NCBI RefSeq assembly: GCF_006345805.1
Contig: NC_043007.1
Span: 49,848,001 to 49,912,000, forward strand
Direction: 5' to 3'
Origin: Octopus sinensis
Lineage: Eukaryota
DNA length: 64,000 nucleotides
Below, piece by piece: positions 36,801 to 50,505 of this stretch. Position numbers and translations under genes: made by a program. The notes beneath the pieces were generated by a model that was not told where the DNA came from, made no database searches, and saw only the letters and a program-made list of their open reading frames with translations. The first letter of the stretch is position 1, and each line of letters begins with the position of its first letter.

Positions 36801-37853
36801 GTTGTTGTATTGCGAATGACTTTGGTAGGCAGAAACAGTGTGAGTGTGTATGTGTGTGAGTGTATGTTCGTGGGTGTGTTTGTGTATACATGTTTTTGTG
36901 TCTAATTTTCTTGATATAGATGATATAGATGGTGATGGTGGTGGTGGTGTTGGGACGTTGATTATTATAATGAATATGAGGATGGTGTATGCAGTGATGA
37001 TGATGGCAATGTTGATGACAACAACGATCATGGAACATGGTGTTGATGATGATGATGACGATGATGCGATTGTGTTAATGCTGATGACAATAACGTCGAT
37101 GGCGATGACGACAGCGATGTTGATAATGATGATGATTTTAAACGATAAGAAGAAGCCCGAAGAAAATTTTAATGGTCTTTATTCTCTAAGTTCACCAATA
37201 AATGAAATAATTTTAGCTAGAGGTTTCTATGGAAGTTAAGTAAACAAAACCACCAGAAAGCACTAAAAAATATGAAAATAAAATGAGATAAAGGGTTACT
37301 AAGAAAAACGGGATAAAAATGAAAGAAAGAATAAAATTATAAATATTATTGATTGTAAAACTGGCATTGGTGATAACATCTTTGTGGTTTGCAAGAATTG
37401 GTCGGTAAAATATCAGGAAAAAAAAAGAATTCAACGGATTAAAATATAACTAAAGTCAACATTAATTTCGTAAAAAGGTTAGAACATTTGCAGGAGGTTT
37501 GTGATAGCAAAGTGATTAATTTTTGGTCAGCCTGAATCAAGAAATATCAGGAATGGGCGGGACATAGATTAAAGGAAAGACCAGGAATACCGACCTTTAC
37601 TCCGCCTATACCATATCCTATGTATGTATGTATGTATGTATGTATGTATGTATGTATGTATGTATGAAACTAGCTATCTATCTACCTATCTATCTATCAA
37701 TCTATCTGTCTATCTGTCTGTCCGTCTGTCTGTCGGTCTCTCTCTCTATCTATCTATCTATCTATCTATCTATTTATCTATCTATCTATCATACATACAC
37801 ATACATACATACATTCATACATACATACATACATACATACATACATACATACA

Positions 37854-37888
<35 letters not shown>

Positions 37889-37904
37889 TCAAAGTGCTTC
37901 TTTC

Positions 37905-38186
37905 CGTTTTCGTCTGCCCAATCCACTCCCAAGGCCTGAGGTTATGCCTTCATGCGCCAGACTCTGTTCTGTTGCTCGCGATCTGTGGCATTGTGCTCTA
38001 TCATGCTGAAAAATCTCGCCTTTCTCTAAGTCTGGTATCAAATTTTCTTTCAGCAAGCGGATGTTTTTGGCACTATTCAAGTTACCGTCAATTTTAGCCA
38101 AATTTCTTAAAACATCATTTTTTATATATACTAAAAGCCTCAGACTCTTCAATGTTTTCATCGTGTAATGTGGGTCACTCACTTTC
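37905..38186 (-). mobile_element. Tc1-like transposase fragment
   Basis: ORF 37889-38182: DPHYTMKT..KIDGNLNSAKNIRLLKENLIPDLEKGEIFQHDRAQCHRS. Confidence 0.85.
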
Positions 38187-38189
38187 TAA

Positions 38190-38983
38190 CAAGAATTTGT
38201 CCGAAGACCTCTAGGAAAGCAAACCGATCCACGTTATACGACGAAAATATTAAAGTTTGGAAGTTAAGAGTTTGATGCTTAGGGGATACATAAATTGTGA
38301 TGGTTCAAGAAAGTTAAAATTGACGGTAACTTGAAAAGGGCCAAGTACATCCATTCGCTGACGAACAATTTGATACCATATTTGGATGAAGGTGAGTCTT
38401 TCAGATCGCGTGCAAGACAACAAAGTCTGGCTGATGACGGTATTGAAAGATTGACCAGTTCAGAGCCCTGACTTAAATATTATCGAGCAAATGTGGACAG
38501 AACTAAAGAGAAGAGTTCGTCAGAAGAATCCACACAATCTTGAATAGATGTGGGAGCTCAGTCACAGAGAATGGTCTCCCATACCTGTGAAGATAGTGAA
38601 GAATTTGTACGCATCTATTCTCAGGCGCACCGAAGCAATTATTCAAGTTAATGTGATCCACACGAAATATACACAATGTACAGTAACTTCTTGAAATGAA
38701 GATTATGTAATAAATTTTCATTATAGATATTTTTCTGCTTTAAAATACTGCATCTTGATTGGTTTGTGTGAGGTGGCAACAACATTTGCACGGCCATTTT
38801 TGGTGGTTGTCTCGCGTATCCCCCTCTCATTCAGAAGCCCTACTGCAAACTATAATGATTAGGTATGGAAATGGCTCCAACAGAGCCATTGTTCATCTGT
38901 AAAAAACGCAATGCCACTTATAAGTTGGCAATTAGTAGAAGGTTACAATAGCTTAAATTAGCCGACACTTTTGCACGGCACTG
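38190..38983 (+). mobile_element. Tc1-like transposase 3' half and terminus
   Basis: FVRRPLGKQTDPRYTTK, KIDGNL, QSPDLNIIEQMWTELKRRV..HTKY; terminus TTTTGCACGGCACTG followed by TA at 38984-38985. Confidence 0.8.
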
Positions 38984-39174
38984 TAGTAGAGGACACGCAT
39001 CCAATGTACCGAGTAGTGGGACTGGGCCCGCAACCATGTGATTGGGAAGCAAGCTTCTTATCACACAGTCACACCTGATATATGTATGTATATATGTATG
39101 CATGTATGTATGTATGTATGTATATATGTATGTCTGTATGTATGTATGTATTCAGGTATTCATGTATATATAAA

Positions 39175-39672
39175 AGAGCAGCTCATGCCATCAAAGTAAC
39201 ACTGGGGTAAAGTATACGAAGCTCAATATACGTATCATAACTAGCCGTCTGATAAGGGTACACCAGGCATATGCATCACAACTATATGTGCGCAACATAC
39301 TGATCTCATATCCAGATAAACGGTACATTGCTTTGCAGGTAAGGCGCAGTTATAATTTTCTTGAGGTCGAGTGGTGCAACCTGCTCAAAAGGTCCCTGAA
39401 TAAGGGTTGCTTAAAAATGATGAACAAAACAACCATGTTTCCAAAGGTGAATTATCCAAACCCCAAAGAATTCCTCCCCAAGCATGGCTATGATGCTCCC
39501 CCACTACTTCTGCTCATGATCAAAGATGCACATTTCGTCAGCCACTAAGGGACATGTTCAGCTAGTTAAGATCAATCAAGTGACAAGTAAATCTGTGGTA
39601 TTGAGCAGAATATTTGCTGTAGCCCATTTTTTTAATACCAAGACAAAACAATGTACATAACATTTCCAATCA
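39175..39672. mobile_element. Second, shorter copy of the 43970-44525 repeat
   Basis: CATGCCATCAAAGT..ACACTGGGGTAAA through CATTTCCAATCA aligns with the 43970 copy. Confidence 0.75.
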
Positions 39673-40696
39673 ATACGTATGTATATATATATTTATATAT
39701 ATATATGTGTGTGTGTGTGTCTGTGTGTGTGTGCGTGTGTGCGTATGTGTGTGTATATATGTGTATGTATATGTGTGCGTGTTCACTTACATACATGCGC
39801 GCACATACATACACACACACACATATGTTCTAACCGGCTCTGCATTGTACAGATGCAAACCTCTTCAACTGAAATATAATACTTACTCTCGTGGATAGAA
39901 AAATAGGGAGCAGTCAGTCTTGTTTATATGCTGTGTTGGGATTTAATGATCGATTGAGTTAACCCTGTCAGGTAAGACATTACTTATAAACCCGCTATCA
40001 TTACGAGTTTATTTATATAAACGATACATCGCTTGACTTTTGTCCAACAGTCGCTGATAATTTTTCCAACACAAGACTGAAACTAAACCCTATGATCCTC
40101 ATCGGCTTTTTATCAACGGAAGTACAAAGTATTTAGATATGTTTGTTTCTTTCTTTCATTGAATGTTCACTTAAATCTTTATACATATTTCTTGGGCTTA
40201 TAGACAGATATAAAGAGAGACATGATGTGAAAGCCAAAGAAGAATGTAATTGAAAGAGGAGTGAAACGGATTGCTTTGAATATATAAAAGATTCATGGAT
40301 GAAACAAACGAAAGCAATAGATGAATGAAATAAAGTAAGGAAGGGGTAGAATAACGGACTGTGTCTTGCCAACCGCCCCAATCATGCAGGCAAAGATGAT
40401 GCCCATAATTAGACGTGTTGTTGCCTGCTTATTATAGCGGCGACCGGATTTAATCAACTGCCATAATTATATGTTGTGTGAAGTTGATAAAATATATGGA
40501 AACATGTGGTGGTAGTATTTAAGACTCAGTATGACTTCTGGCGGATGTTTTACCATTTTGATTCCTGCTTCCGTTACAGTAGTAGCTACTGGAATGACTT
40601 CTGTTGAACCTTCTCCATTCTGCTGCACTTATGCCGCCGACTTCTCCCCTTTCTCTCAAACTTCGTTCTACCTGCTCCCTCTTTCCCTTTCACATA

Positions 40697-40736
<40 letters not shown>

Positions 40737-40775
40737 TGTATATGTATATATCTATATATAACTTCTGGGTATGTG

Positions 40776-40927
<152 letters not shown>

Positions 40928-42505
40928 TACAATTGCAGCGTGGAAAGTGTTTATAAGCCAATTAAAAACACACAAAAAACCGTTATATTCACTTCGACAT
41001 TTGAATTTATTTTGCCAAATTATTTTCGTCGCCTTGAGAGCTAGGCTAAGAGTACGTCAGTCTGCGTACTCAGCCATTTGTATGTTAATTTTACGAGTAG
41101 CCTGTTCCGTTGATCGGATCAATAAGAACCCTTATCGTTGTAACGGACGTAGTGCGTGTCTCCATTATTTAGCCAATAAGCTACGATTTATCCAGATTAG
41201 AATATTTCAAATTGCCTAATCAAGCAATTATCTTCAAACTAAGCTATAAAGCCATATAGCCACAAAAGACATTCTGTGTTCTGATAGTTATCTGTTAGAT
41301 TTACCATCACTGGAGAGCCCTAATAAGACTGAAACGTGTCTAAAGTCGTTCCCTTTGTTTACTTAAAACCAAAATCACTTCCCAGTACATGCATGCCTTT
41401 AACTTTTCGCTTATTGAAATTTCAGATTATTTCACTCTTGTCATTTTCAGAAACATTTGTTATTAGAGCTAACGACTTCTGTTTAAATTAAGGGTGTAAT
41501 TTGAAGTGATTAAGAAAAAAAAATTGATGGTAATGGTAGGATTGGTAATGAAGATGTTGTTAATGAACATAGTCAAGCCAGTGGTGGTCGTCGTGGTATT
41601 GGAGATGATGGTGATAGTGGTAGGACTTTTGTTGGATGTTGTGGTAGATATTCGTGTTTGCGTTGTTACACTTCATAAAAGTAGTAATGGTAGTTGTGGC
41701 GGTAATTGTTCGGTATTTGTAATGATGGAGGTTGTGATGGAGATGATGGCGGTGTCGATGGCAATGATATTGGCATAGTGGGGCGTGATTTTGGTTGTTT
41801 GTGGTGGTGGTGAGTGTGAGGTTGTGTTGGTGGGGGTGATGGAAGGTTGGTGGAAATGGAGGAAGCGGTTGTGATTGTGATGTTTGGAGATAGTAGTGGT
41901 GGTGACGGTGCTGGAGGTAGTGAAAGATTTGGCAGATTGGGGTGAGAGTGATCAATGATTGGGACCCAACCGCATTCACTTTATAACCAGCAATTATATG
42001 TGAATATGTGAAACTGTAAATGTATGTGTGCAAGTGTGCGCGTATACATGTGTGTGTATGTGCGTGTGTTTCTGTGTGAGTGTGTGTGTGTGTGTATGTG
42101 TGTGCGTGCGTGTGCGTGTGAGGGAGAGAGTCAATATAGTTTCGTTGTTCCCATCTAACAAGAAGTTAACCTTCTGATTGCGATCAGCCGGCAGATAGAG
42201 AGGCGGATCCAGGAGTCTGTGCAGAGAAGAAAAGGATGCGGCGGGGGTTTATGGAGGAAGCAGGCATGTGCTACGGTTGATGGTGATGACGATGCTAGCG
42301 GTGGTGATGTAGCAACGTCATGTGGGTGATGTAGCAAGGTGGTGGGTGAGGATAGAAAATAATAAATGGAGCATTCAGGATTTGATGGGGATTTGAACAG
42401 AGCTCGAAAATGTACGAAGAGGTGATGACGCGGTGAGGCAGGGTATGGTTCTGGGGTATATATTATGGTGTTTTTGTCATTATGAGTGCATTTGTAGATA
42501 GAGTG

Positions 42506-42538
<33 letters not shown>

Positions 42539-42665
42539 AAACATATAACTACGATGCTAGAAGTTTAACCCCAGTGCGAGGCATTTTATGTAAATATTTT
42601 CAACGAAGACTTCGGACTGAAATTTTTGCTTAGACTATCATTCCCCCTCCCTCTCCCCTCCTCCT

Positions 42666-42696
<31 letters not shown>

Positions 42697-42724
42697 ATCA
42701 TCATCATCATCATCGTCATCATCG

Positions 42725-42756
<32 letters not shown>

Positions 42757-43287
42757 TTGTTACCGCTGTTACTGGTATAAATTTGTGTTATTTAACATAG
42801 TACGTACATAACAGATATTATCACCGGAATTACTACAGCAGTTAATTTTGTTTTCCCTGATTTATTTCTATTGGCTATGATTAGCAAATTGCTAATTTAA
42901 ACTAATAAAGCTTCTGATGCACATATAGCATGAATATTTACATACACGTATATGTATATATATATATATATATAAATATATATATGTATATATATATATG
43001 CATGTTTGTGGGAACGTGTTGTGGGTGTGTGTGTCCAAGTATGTGTATAATATATACTCTTTTATTCTTTTACTTGTGTCAGTCATGAGACTGAAGCCAT
43101 GCTGGATCACCGCCTTAATTAATTCTCATCCATCCTTAACCTCTGATCAAACACCACCGAGGCATATAGTCATTGTAGACGTGATATAGTCATGCTATTT
43201 AGATCTCATTAGTTTTAATCCACAAGCACAATAAACCATCCGCAGGATGTAGCCTAAAAGTCCGCACAAAGTCCGGCTTTTAAGCTA

Positions 43288-43345
<58 letters not shown>

Positions 43346-43349
43346 ATAT

Positions 43350-43394
<45 letters not shown>

Positions 43395-43879
43395 AGCCTT
43401 ATAAGCTGCACTTATAAGTCTGCGGAGGTCTAGTTGGGTTTCAAGCCCAAAACTAATGATATCTAAATATCATGACTATAATACATCTATAATGACTACA
43501 TACCCCGGTGATGTATGATCAGAGGTTAGCGATGGGTGAGGATTAATTCAGTAATGCAATTATTCTATTGTTCCAGTCCAAGCTGAATTCCGACTGTTGA
43601 GCAATTTGTCCTAAAGTTCTTATCTCGACGTAAAATTAACAAAGCGAATGTCATTTATCACATTCTTGATCTCTGACGACATCTGACAAACGCCAACCAA
43701 GATGGCGTAAATCAGCCAAGCTTTAGCTACGAGAGATAGTAACCCAGATGCTTTTAAATCAGATCCTAATTCTGGACGTTCAAGAACCATGGTTCCAAAA
43801 TGCTAGAGCAGATGTAGACTGGGGTACAGGGGCCTCAGATCGACAGACAGAATTTCGTATATATTTCGTATATAATACA

Positions 43880-43968
<89 letters not shown>

Positions 43969-43969
43969 T

Positions 43970-44525
43970 GAGAGAGAGAGCAGTGCATGCCATCAAAGTG
44001 ACACTGGGGTAAAATATACGAAGCCCAATATACCCATCATGACTACCCGTCTGATAAGGGTACACCTGGCACATGCATCACAACCATATGTGCGCGACAT
44101 GGTGATCTCATATCAAGATAAACAGTACATGACCTTGCAGGTGGGGCCCAGTTAGAATTTTCTTCAGGTTGAGTAGCCCATCCCGCTCAAAAGGTCCCTG
44201 AATAAGGGTTGTTTAAGGATGTTGAAAGAACCACCCATGTTTCCAGAGGTGAATTATTCAAACCCCAAAGAATCCCTCTCAACACATGGCTATGATGCTC
44301 CCCCACTACTTCTGCTCGTGATCAGAGATGCACATATCGTCAGCCACTAAGGGACATGCTCAACTGGTTACGGTCAAACAACTGACAAGCAAATCTGTGG
44401 TATTGAGCAGAATATTTGCTGTAGCCCATCTTTTATACCAAGACAAAACAATGTACATGATAACACTTCCAATCAGTTAAGATCAGAAGCCATGAGAGCC
44501 ACTGCCTGGTACTGCATCAGGGCAT
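43970..44525. mobile_element. ~550-bp non-coding interspersed repeat embedded in (TAT)n
   Basis: Colinear second copy at about 39175-39672; flanked on both sides by TAT/TAA tracts. Confidence 0.75.
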
Positions 44526-44583
44526 TTATTATTACTATTATTATTATTAATATTATTATTATAATTATTATTATTATTATTAT

Positions 44584-44614
<31 letters not shown>

Positions 44615-44684
44615 ATTATTATTAATATTATTATTATTAATATTATATTATTAATATTATTACTATTATTATTATTATTATTTA

Positions 44685-44727
<43 letters not shown>

Positions 44728-44764
44728 ATAATATTATTATTATTATTATATATTATTATTATTA

Positions 44765-44800
<36 letters not shown>

Positions 44801-44872
44801 AGCATTCAACATAAAGAATTATATATACAGAAACATATATACTTTCATAAATACATGTATGTATATATATAC

Positions 44873-44903
<31 letters not shown>

Positions 44904-45364
44904 GATGTACACACGAGCGCGCGCATATGCATATATGTATCTACGTGTACATTCAGGGATCTGGTTCACAAAGCCGCTTAGTTCCAGCAAGAGGAATATC
45001 CTGTTAAACAATTGTGTAATGCTAGGATATGACACCGATCTACCTGTATTTGCAAGTCAAGAAAACCAAGCAAATGGGACAAATTAGACAACAAATAAAG
45101 TAAACAAAATTACAAAAAAAACAACTCAGAAAATACATTAAGAAAAAAGGTTAAAGCCCAAAATATAAACACTGCGTTAGCATATTGTAAAGGTCTGACA
45201 CGGCAGGTTTTCTCGCTATTTCGTGTTGCAATATTTAAATAATGTCACCCGATCCCTATTATTCGCTAACTGTCATGTTTTAACTTTTAAATACAATTGA
45301 TGCCAGGCAAAATGTCAGCCATATTGGCGGCTCGTTATTTTTGAATATGTGTGTATGTATATAC

Positions 45365-45450
<86 letters not shown>

Positions 45451-45690
45451 ATATATATATATAACATATATATACATAACTATATATATATATTACATAT
45501 ATATATATATTCATATATATGTGTGCATGTGTATATGTATGTACGTATGCTTATATGTAGATTAAATTTGTACTGTCTCTGTATCTCCTTCCCTTCTCTT
45601 TCTCCAGCATATATAATTACATATCCATGCATACATATATATTGACTTATATGTGTTTAAATATGTGACAATGTTTGTGTGTAAGTGTGT

Positions 45691-45740
<50 letters not shown>

Positions 45741-46039
45741 AAAGATTGCATATATCGATATTTATAATTATATACATATATATGTATTTTGTGTCTGGAT
45801 GTGTGCGAGTTAACTGGTATTTGGGGGAAATATTCAAGTGATATCAAGAATCGTTAAAATAAAGTACTTTAATTTCAAATCATTAATCACTAATTAGGAT
45901 ATTAACAATATCTATAACATTCTATGCATAGAAAATGTTTCCCTGTATGATGTTTCTTTTTCTGGTCTAAGATTGTTTCATAATTCCATTTTTCATAGGT
46001 CTCGAAATTTCTTTTAAATGTTTTCATAATTAGTACCAC

Positions 46040-46180
46040 GTCATTTCACGTTGCCCCAGTCCACTCAGCTGGCAAAAATGAGTTACGCTGCGCTGGACTG
46101 GCATCCCGTCCAGCTAGGGAAGGCATACGCCATTGAAACCGGGCAACCGGGCCCATGAGCCTGGTTAGGCTTTAACAGAT
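46040..46180 (+). mobile_element. SINE fragment with V/Meta-like central domain
   Basis: CTGCGCTGGACTGGCATCCCGTCCAG..GAAACCGGG resembles conserved SINE central domains (recall). Confidence 0.5.
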
Positions 46181-46210
46181 CGCATGTATTTATATATATA
46201 TATATATATA

Positions 46211-46251
<41 letters not shown>

Positions 46252-46486
46252 TTATGTGATTTGAGTGTGTGTGTATCCTTGTGTCTGTGTTTCCCCCACC
46301 ATCCCTTGACAAACGATGTTGGTGTATTTACGTCCCCATAACCTAGCGGTTCGGCAAAAGAACCAATAGAATAAGTACTAGGCTTACAAAGAATAAGTCT
46401 TTGTGTCGATTTCTTCGACTAAAATCCTTTAAGGTGGTGCTATATTATGACCGCAGTCAAAGTGACTGAAACAAATAAAAGAATAG

Positions 46487-46603
46487 ATACACGGCCGTAT
46501 CACGTTGAATGCACAGGTTCTCGCCCGGTCTCTGAAGTTTAGCAACGTCAGCCTAGTGAGTGCTTAGATGGGTGACCGCTTGGGAAACCTAGGCGCAGAT
46601 ATG
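46487..46603 (+). pseudogene. 5S rRNA pseudogene / 5S-derived retrocopy
   Basis: ACGGCCGTATCACGTTGAATGCACAGGTTCTCGCCCGGTCTCTGAAGTTTAGCAACGTC..GATGGGTGACCGCTTGGGAAAC is colinear with metazoan 5S rRNA, with scattered substitutions and a decayed 3' end; single copy, no array. Confidence 0.8.
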
Positions 46604-46716
46604 TGGAAAGAACCTTCCCTCCCAACCACATGATTCCGGGTTCAGTCCTACTGCATTGGACCTGGGGCCAACCAAAACCTTGTGAGTAGATTTAGTAGAC
46701 GAAACTGAAAAAAGCA

Positions 46717-46752
<36 letters not shown>

Positions 46753-46779
46753 GTAAATGTAATATGTGACAATTATTCG

Positions 46780-46856
46780 GTAGCCATGATAAAACTCCGT
46801 GTTTCGGATGCCGAGATGGAAATCTACACCGCCATCTTTTCAGTTATCATGGCTAC
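46780..46856 (-). ncRNA. Type I hammerhead ribozyme-like motif
   Basis: GTAGCCATGATAA-CTGAAAA-GATG..CATC-C-GAAAC-acgga-GT-T-TTATCATGGCTAC; perfect 13-bp stem I, GAAAC/GUU core, G8 changed to A. Confidence 0.65.
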
Positions 46857-46964
46857 ATATTACATTTCCAGATAAATTCCTCTAATTACATAATATCAAG
46901 GACTCCTTCTTTCTTTTGATATCTTACCGTTTTTATCAATACACACACACGCACACCACGCACG

Positions 46965-47048
<84 letters not shown>

Positions 47049-48884
47049 ATATATATATATATATATATATATCGTCATGATTGACGACAAGTTTTTTTAT
47101 TCTCTCTCTGTTTATTCTCGTTTTCCTTTCTGCTGAAGGGCGTACGGTCGAATTCTCGAGCGTCAAACTAATACACCTGCTTGTTGTTTATACACCTGTC
47201 TTCCTCTTTTGTTTTTCTGTAAATTTTATATATTTATGAATACAAAGAAAAATTTCATATATATGAATACAAAGAAAAAACGATTTCCTTCAAAAGGATG
47301 GAAAATATCCAATTTTCACTGCTACTTCTGTTAAATAGCACAAAATAGTAGAGAAAAATCCGAACTTAAAATGATATAATTTTAATATATATATATATAT
47401 TAAAGGAAATAGAGAAATACAATTGATATATTAAAAAGTTATTAACATTATAATATAATATATAATTATACTTTAACAAAATATAATATAATATAACAAA
47501 TAATTATAACACATATATATCCTAGAATTTGTTTCGATCCATATCCACCGGTGAATTTATAAAAATTCACATTTATGCATATGAGTCACCTCTGGGTAAT
47601 ATTTGTCTAAAACATACACAAAATTTCATGCAAGGACTGCTAAATCATAAAATAGACTGAGTTTTTAAAATACCTACGTTTACAGTATGAGCGTTAATAA
47701 TTTTAAAATATAATAAATATAATAAAACCAAAACCAAAATTCCAATAGATAAAATAAAGTAGTTAAACAAGACAATTACAAGGGTCATAAAATGATCTTA
47801 TGCAGCTTTAATAATATTAATCTAAAGATATTTTAATCTTAAATAATCACTGCTCCTTTTTATTATATATTAATATCTATATAATATGTTAAGAATTTAT
47901 GATGGAGTTGGAAAAATATTTTATTTAAAATTTCTATATGTTGTTATGAATAAATAAATAAATAAGGATATATTTTATTCAGACATTAAATTCATTTAAA
48001 AAAGGTTCTACTAAATACGCCGATACACACTAATTCATAAAGTTACGATTATTATTTCTTGCATAATAATGATAATAATATATAAATAAATAAAGTATCA
48101 GAATTCTAAGTTTTACAGAAGGAATTAAATTAGAGTAAGCCAATAGCTTTATTATGCTATAATTTTTATGTACATATAAGGTCGAAAGAACACAATATGA
48201 TGATATATACAAAATATTATAGGGTCTACAAGAAGTATTCATATAAGCATAACTATTCAAAATGATATATAATTTTATCTGAGATTTATTCTAATCTATT
48301 TATGCGTTCTAATATAAACATTATTCATAGTAAATAACAAATGAAAGCACAAATTTATTTCTTTTATCAAAGGAAAATACCATTATAAATCAGTGTTTAT
48401 ATATTTATATATTCATTGTTTACGAAAAAATAACCGGAAGTACGTACTTATAATAGAACTGATTTTAATAACGTAGGGCCTGTTATAAAATTATTTATAT
48501 ATTATTATTATAAATTACTAAATTCAATTTATACACCTTAAATCATTTTGCATAAGGATGAGAGCATAATTACAATTTATATCTTGAATTTAACTACGAA
48601 TATAGTGATATAGATTACATTTAAGATAAATATTTTATGGTACTTAAAACTGAATTTATTAATTAATCCACTGAAATATTATAAATATCCACATTAATAT
48701 ACTAATTTGAAACTAGAAGCCATTCAGTTTAAACAAAACAACTCACAAATCATTCAGTAAAATAACAACATTTGGCATCATGCTACAAATCATTCAGTTT
48801 AAATTTTAAAAATTACAAATGATTTAGAATGATAAAAAAATTTGGCTTCAAATACAATTATTTTAATGAATGTTGTCACATTCT

Positions 48885-49079
48885 CTTTTACTCTTTTACT
48901 TGTTTCAGTCATTTGACTGCGGCCATGCTGGAGCACCGCCTATAGTTGAGCAAATCGACCACAGGACTTATTCTTTGTAAGCCTAGTACTTATTCTACCG
49001 CTAGGTTACGGGGACGTACACAAACCAGCATCGGTTGTCAAGCAATGTTGGGGGACAAACACAGACACACAAACATACA

Positions 49080-49110
<31 letters not shown>

Positions 49111-49141
49111 CACCACACACACACAATATATATATATATAT

Positions 49142-49177
<36 letters not shown>

Positions 49178-49345
49178 GACGGCTTCTTTCAGTTTCCGTC
49201 TACCAAATCCACTCACAAGGCTTTGGTCAGCCCGAGGCTATAGTAGAAGACAGTTGCCTAAGGTGCCACGTTGTGGGACTGAACCCGGAACCCGGAACCA
49301 TGTGGTTGGTGAGCAAGCTACTTTCCACAACCACTCCTGCGCCTA
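48885..49345 (-). mobile_element. Full-length copy of the dominant SINE
   Basis: Reverse complement of the 50305-50720 architecture with expanded (CA)n/(TA)n centre. Confidence 0.85.
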
Positions 49346-49739
49346 TGCATTATAAATTTTGGGGAAATATCACAAGGAAAAAATTTGTTCACGTCATCTT
49401 CTATAACTTCAAAATTTTACCATAAATTTTTCAAAATTTTAATTATATGAAACTCCATGCCAAAAAACCTATCAAAATTTTAATTTTACAAAAAATTACT
49501 TTCAATTTATTTATTCATACATTAATTAATTTATTTATCCGTTTATTTATTTAACATGTATACAGATTCAAACATATATATGAGTGACTGTGTAGTAAGA
49601 AGCCTGCTTACCAACCACATGTTTCCGAATTCATTCCAACAGCATGGCACCCATGGCGAGTGTCTTCTACTATAGCCTCGGGCATACCAAAGCCTTGTTC
49701 GAGGATTTGATATGCGGAAACTGAAAGAAGCCCGTCGTG

Positions 49740-49814
<75 letters not shown>

Positions 49815-49815
<1 letters not shown>

Positions 49816-50070
49816 GTGCGTGCCAAAAAAACATCTAATCTAAAACAATTATTCGATTATATCAATGAAATATGGCAAACTATTCCTACAGAATTTTGTA
49901 ATCACTTAGCGAATTCAAAGCCGAGGTGTTGTTCAGCCGTTATTAATAATAGAGGCTACGACACAAAGTATTAATATGTATTTTGTTCTTGTTGATCATT
50001 TTTGCCACAATCTTAAGCTTTAAATAAAATTATAATGATACGGTCTTAAACTAATTTTGCTGGTGAATTT
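49815..50070 (+). mobile_element. Tc1-like transposase C-terminal fragment
   Basis: NLKQLFDYINEIWQTIPTEFCNHLANSKPRCCSAVINNRGYDTKY* typical Tc1 C-terminus, truncated at a (TG)n tract. Confidence 0.75.
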
Positions 50071-50304
50071 GAAACGTTTATATTAATTTAGCATTATAAT
50101 TCTTCAAGTTGTATGAAAATAGCTATTGTCTGCCTCATTCGAAAGAGAAATAAATTCTGCATAAGGTGTAGAAGATAAAAATAATTTGTATGGTGTTAGT
50201 AACAAAATATTTTGTAAGAAATAGAACTTTTATCATCGGTCTTAAATTTATTTATATATATATATATGGGACTTAACCCAGAACCATATATATATCTAAT
50301 ATAG

Positions 50305-50474
50305 GTGCAGGAGTGGCTGTGTGGTAAGTAGCTTGCTAACCAACCACATGGTTCCGGTTTCAGTCCCACTGCGTGGCATCTTGGGCAAGTGTCTTCTGCT
50401 ATAGCCCCGGGCCGACCAATGCTTTGTGAGTGGATTTGGTAGACGGAAACTGAAAGAAGCCTGTCGTATATATG

Positions 50475-50505
<31 letters not shown>

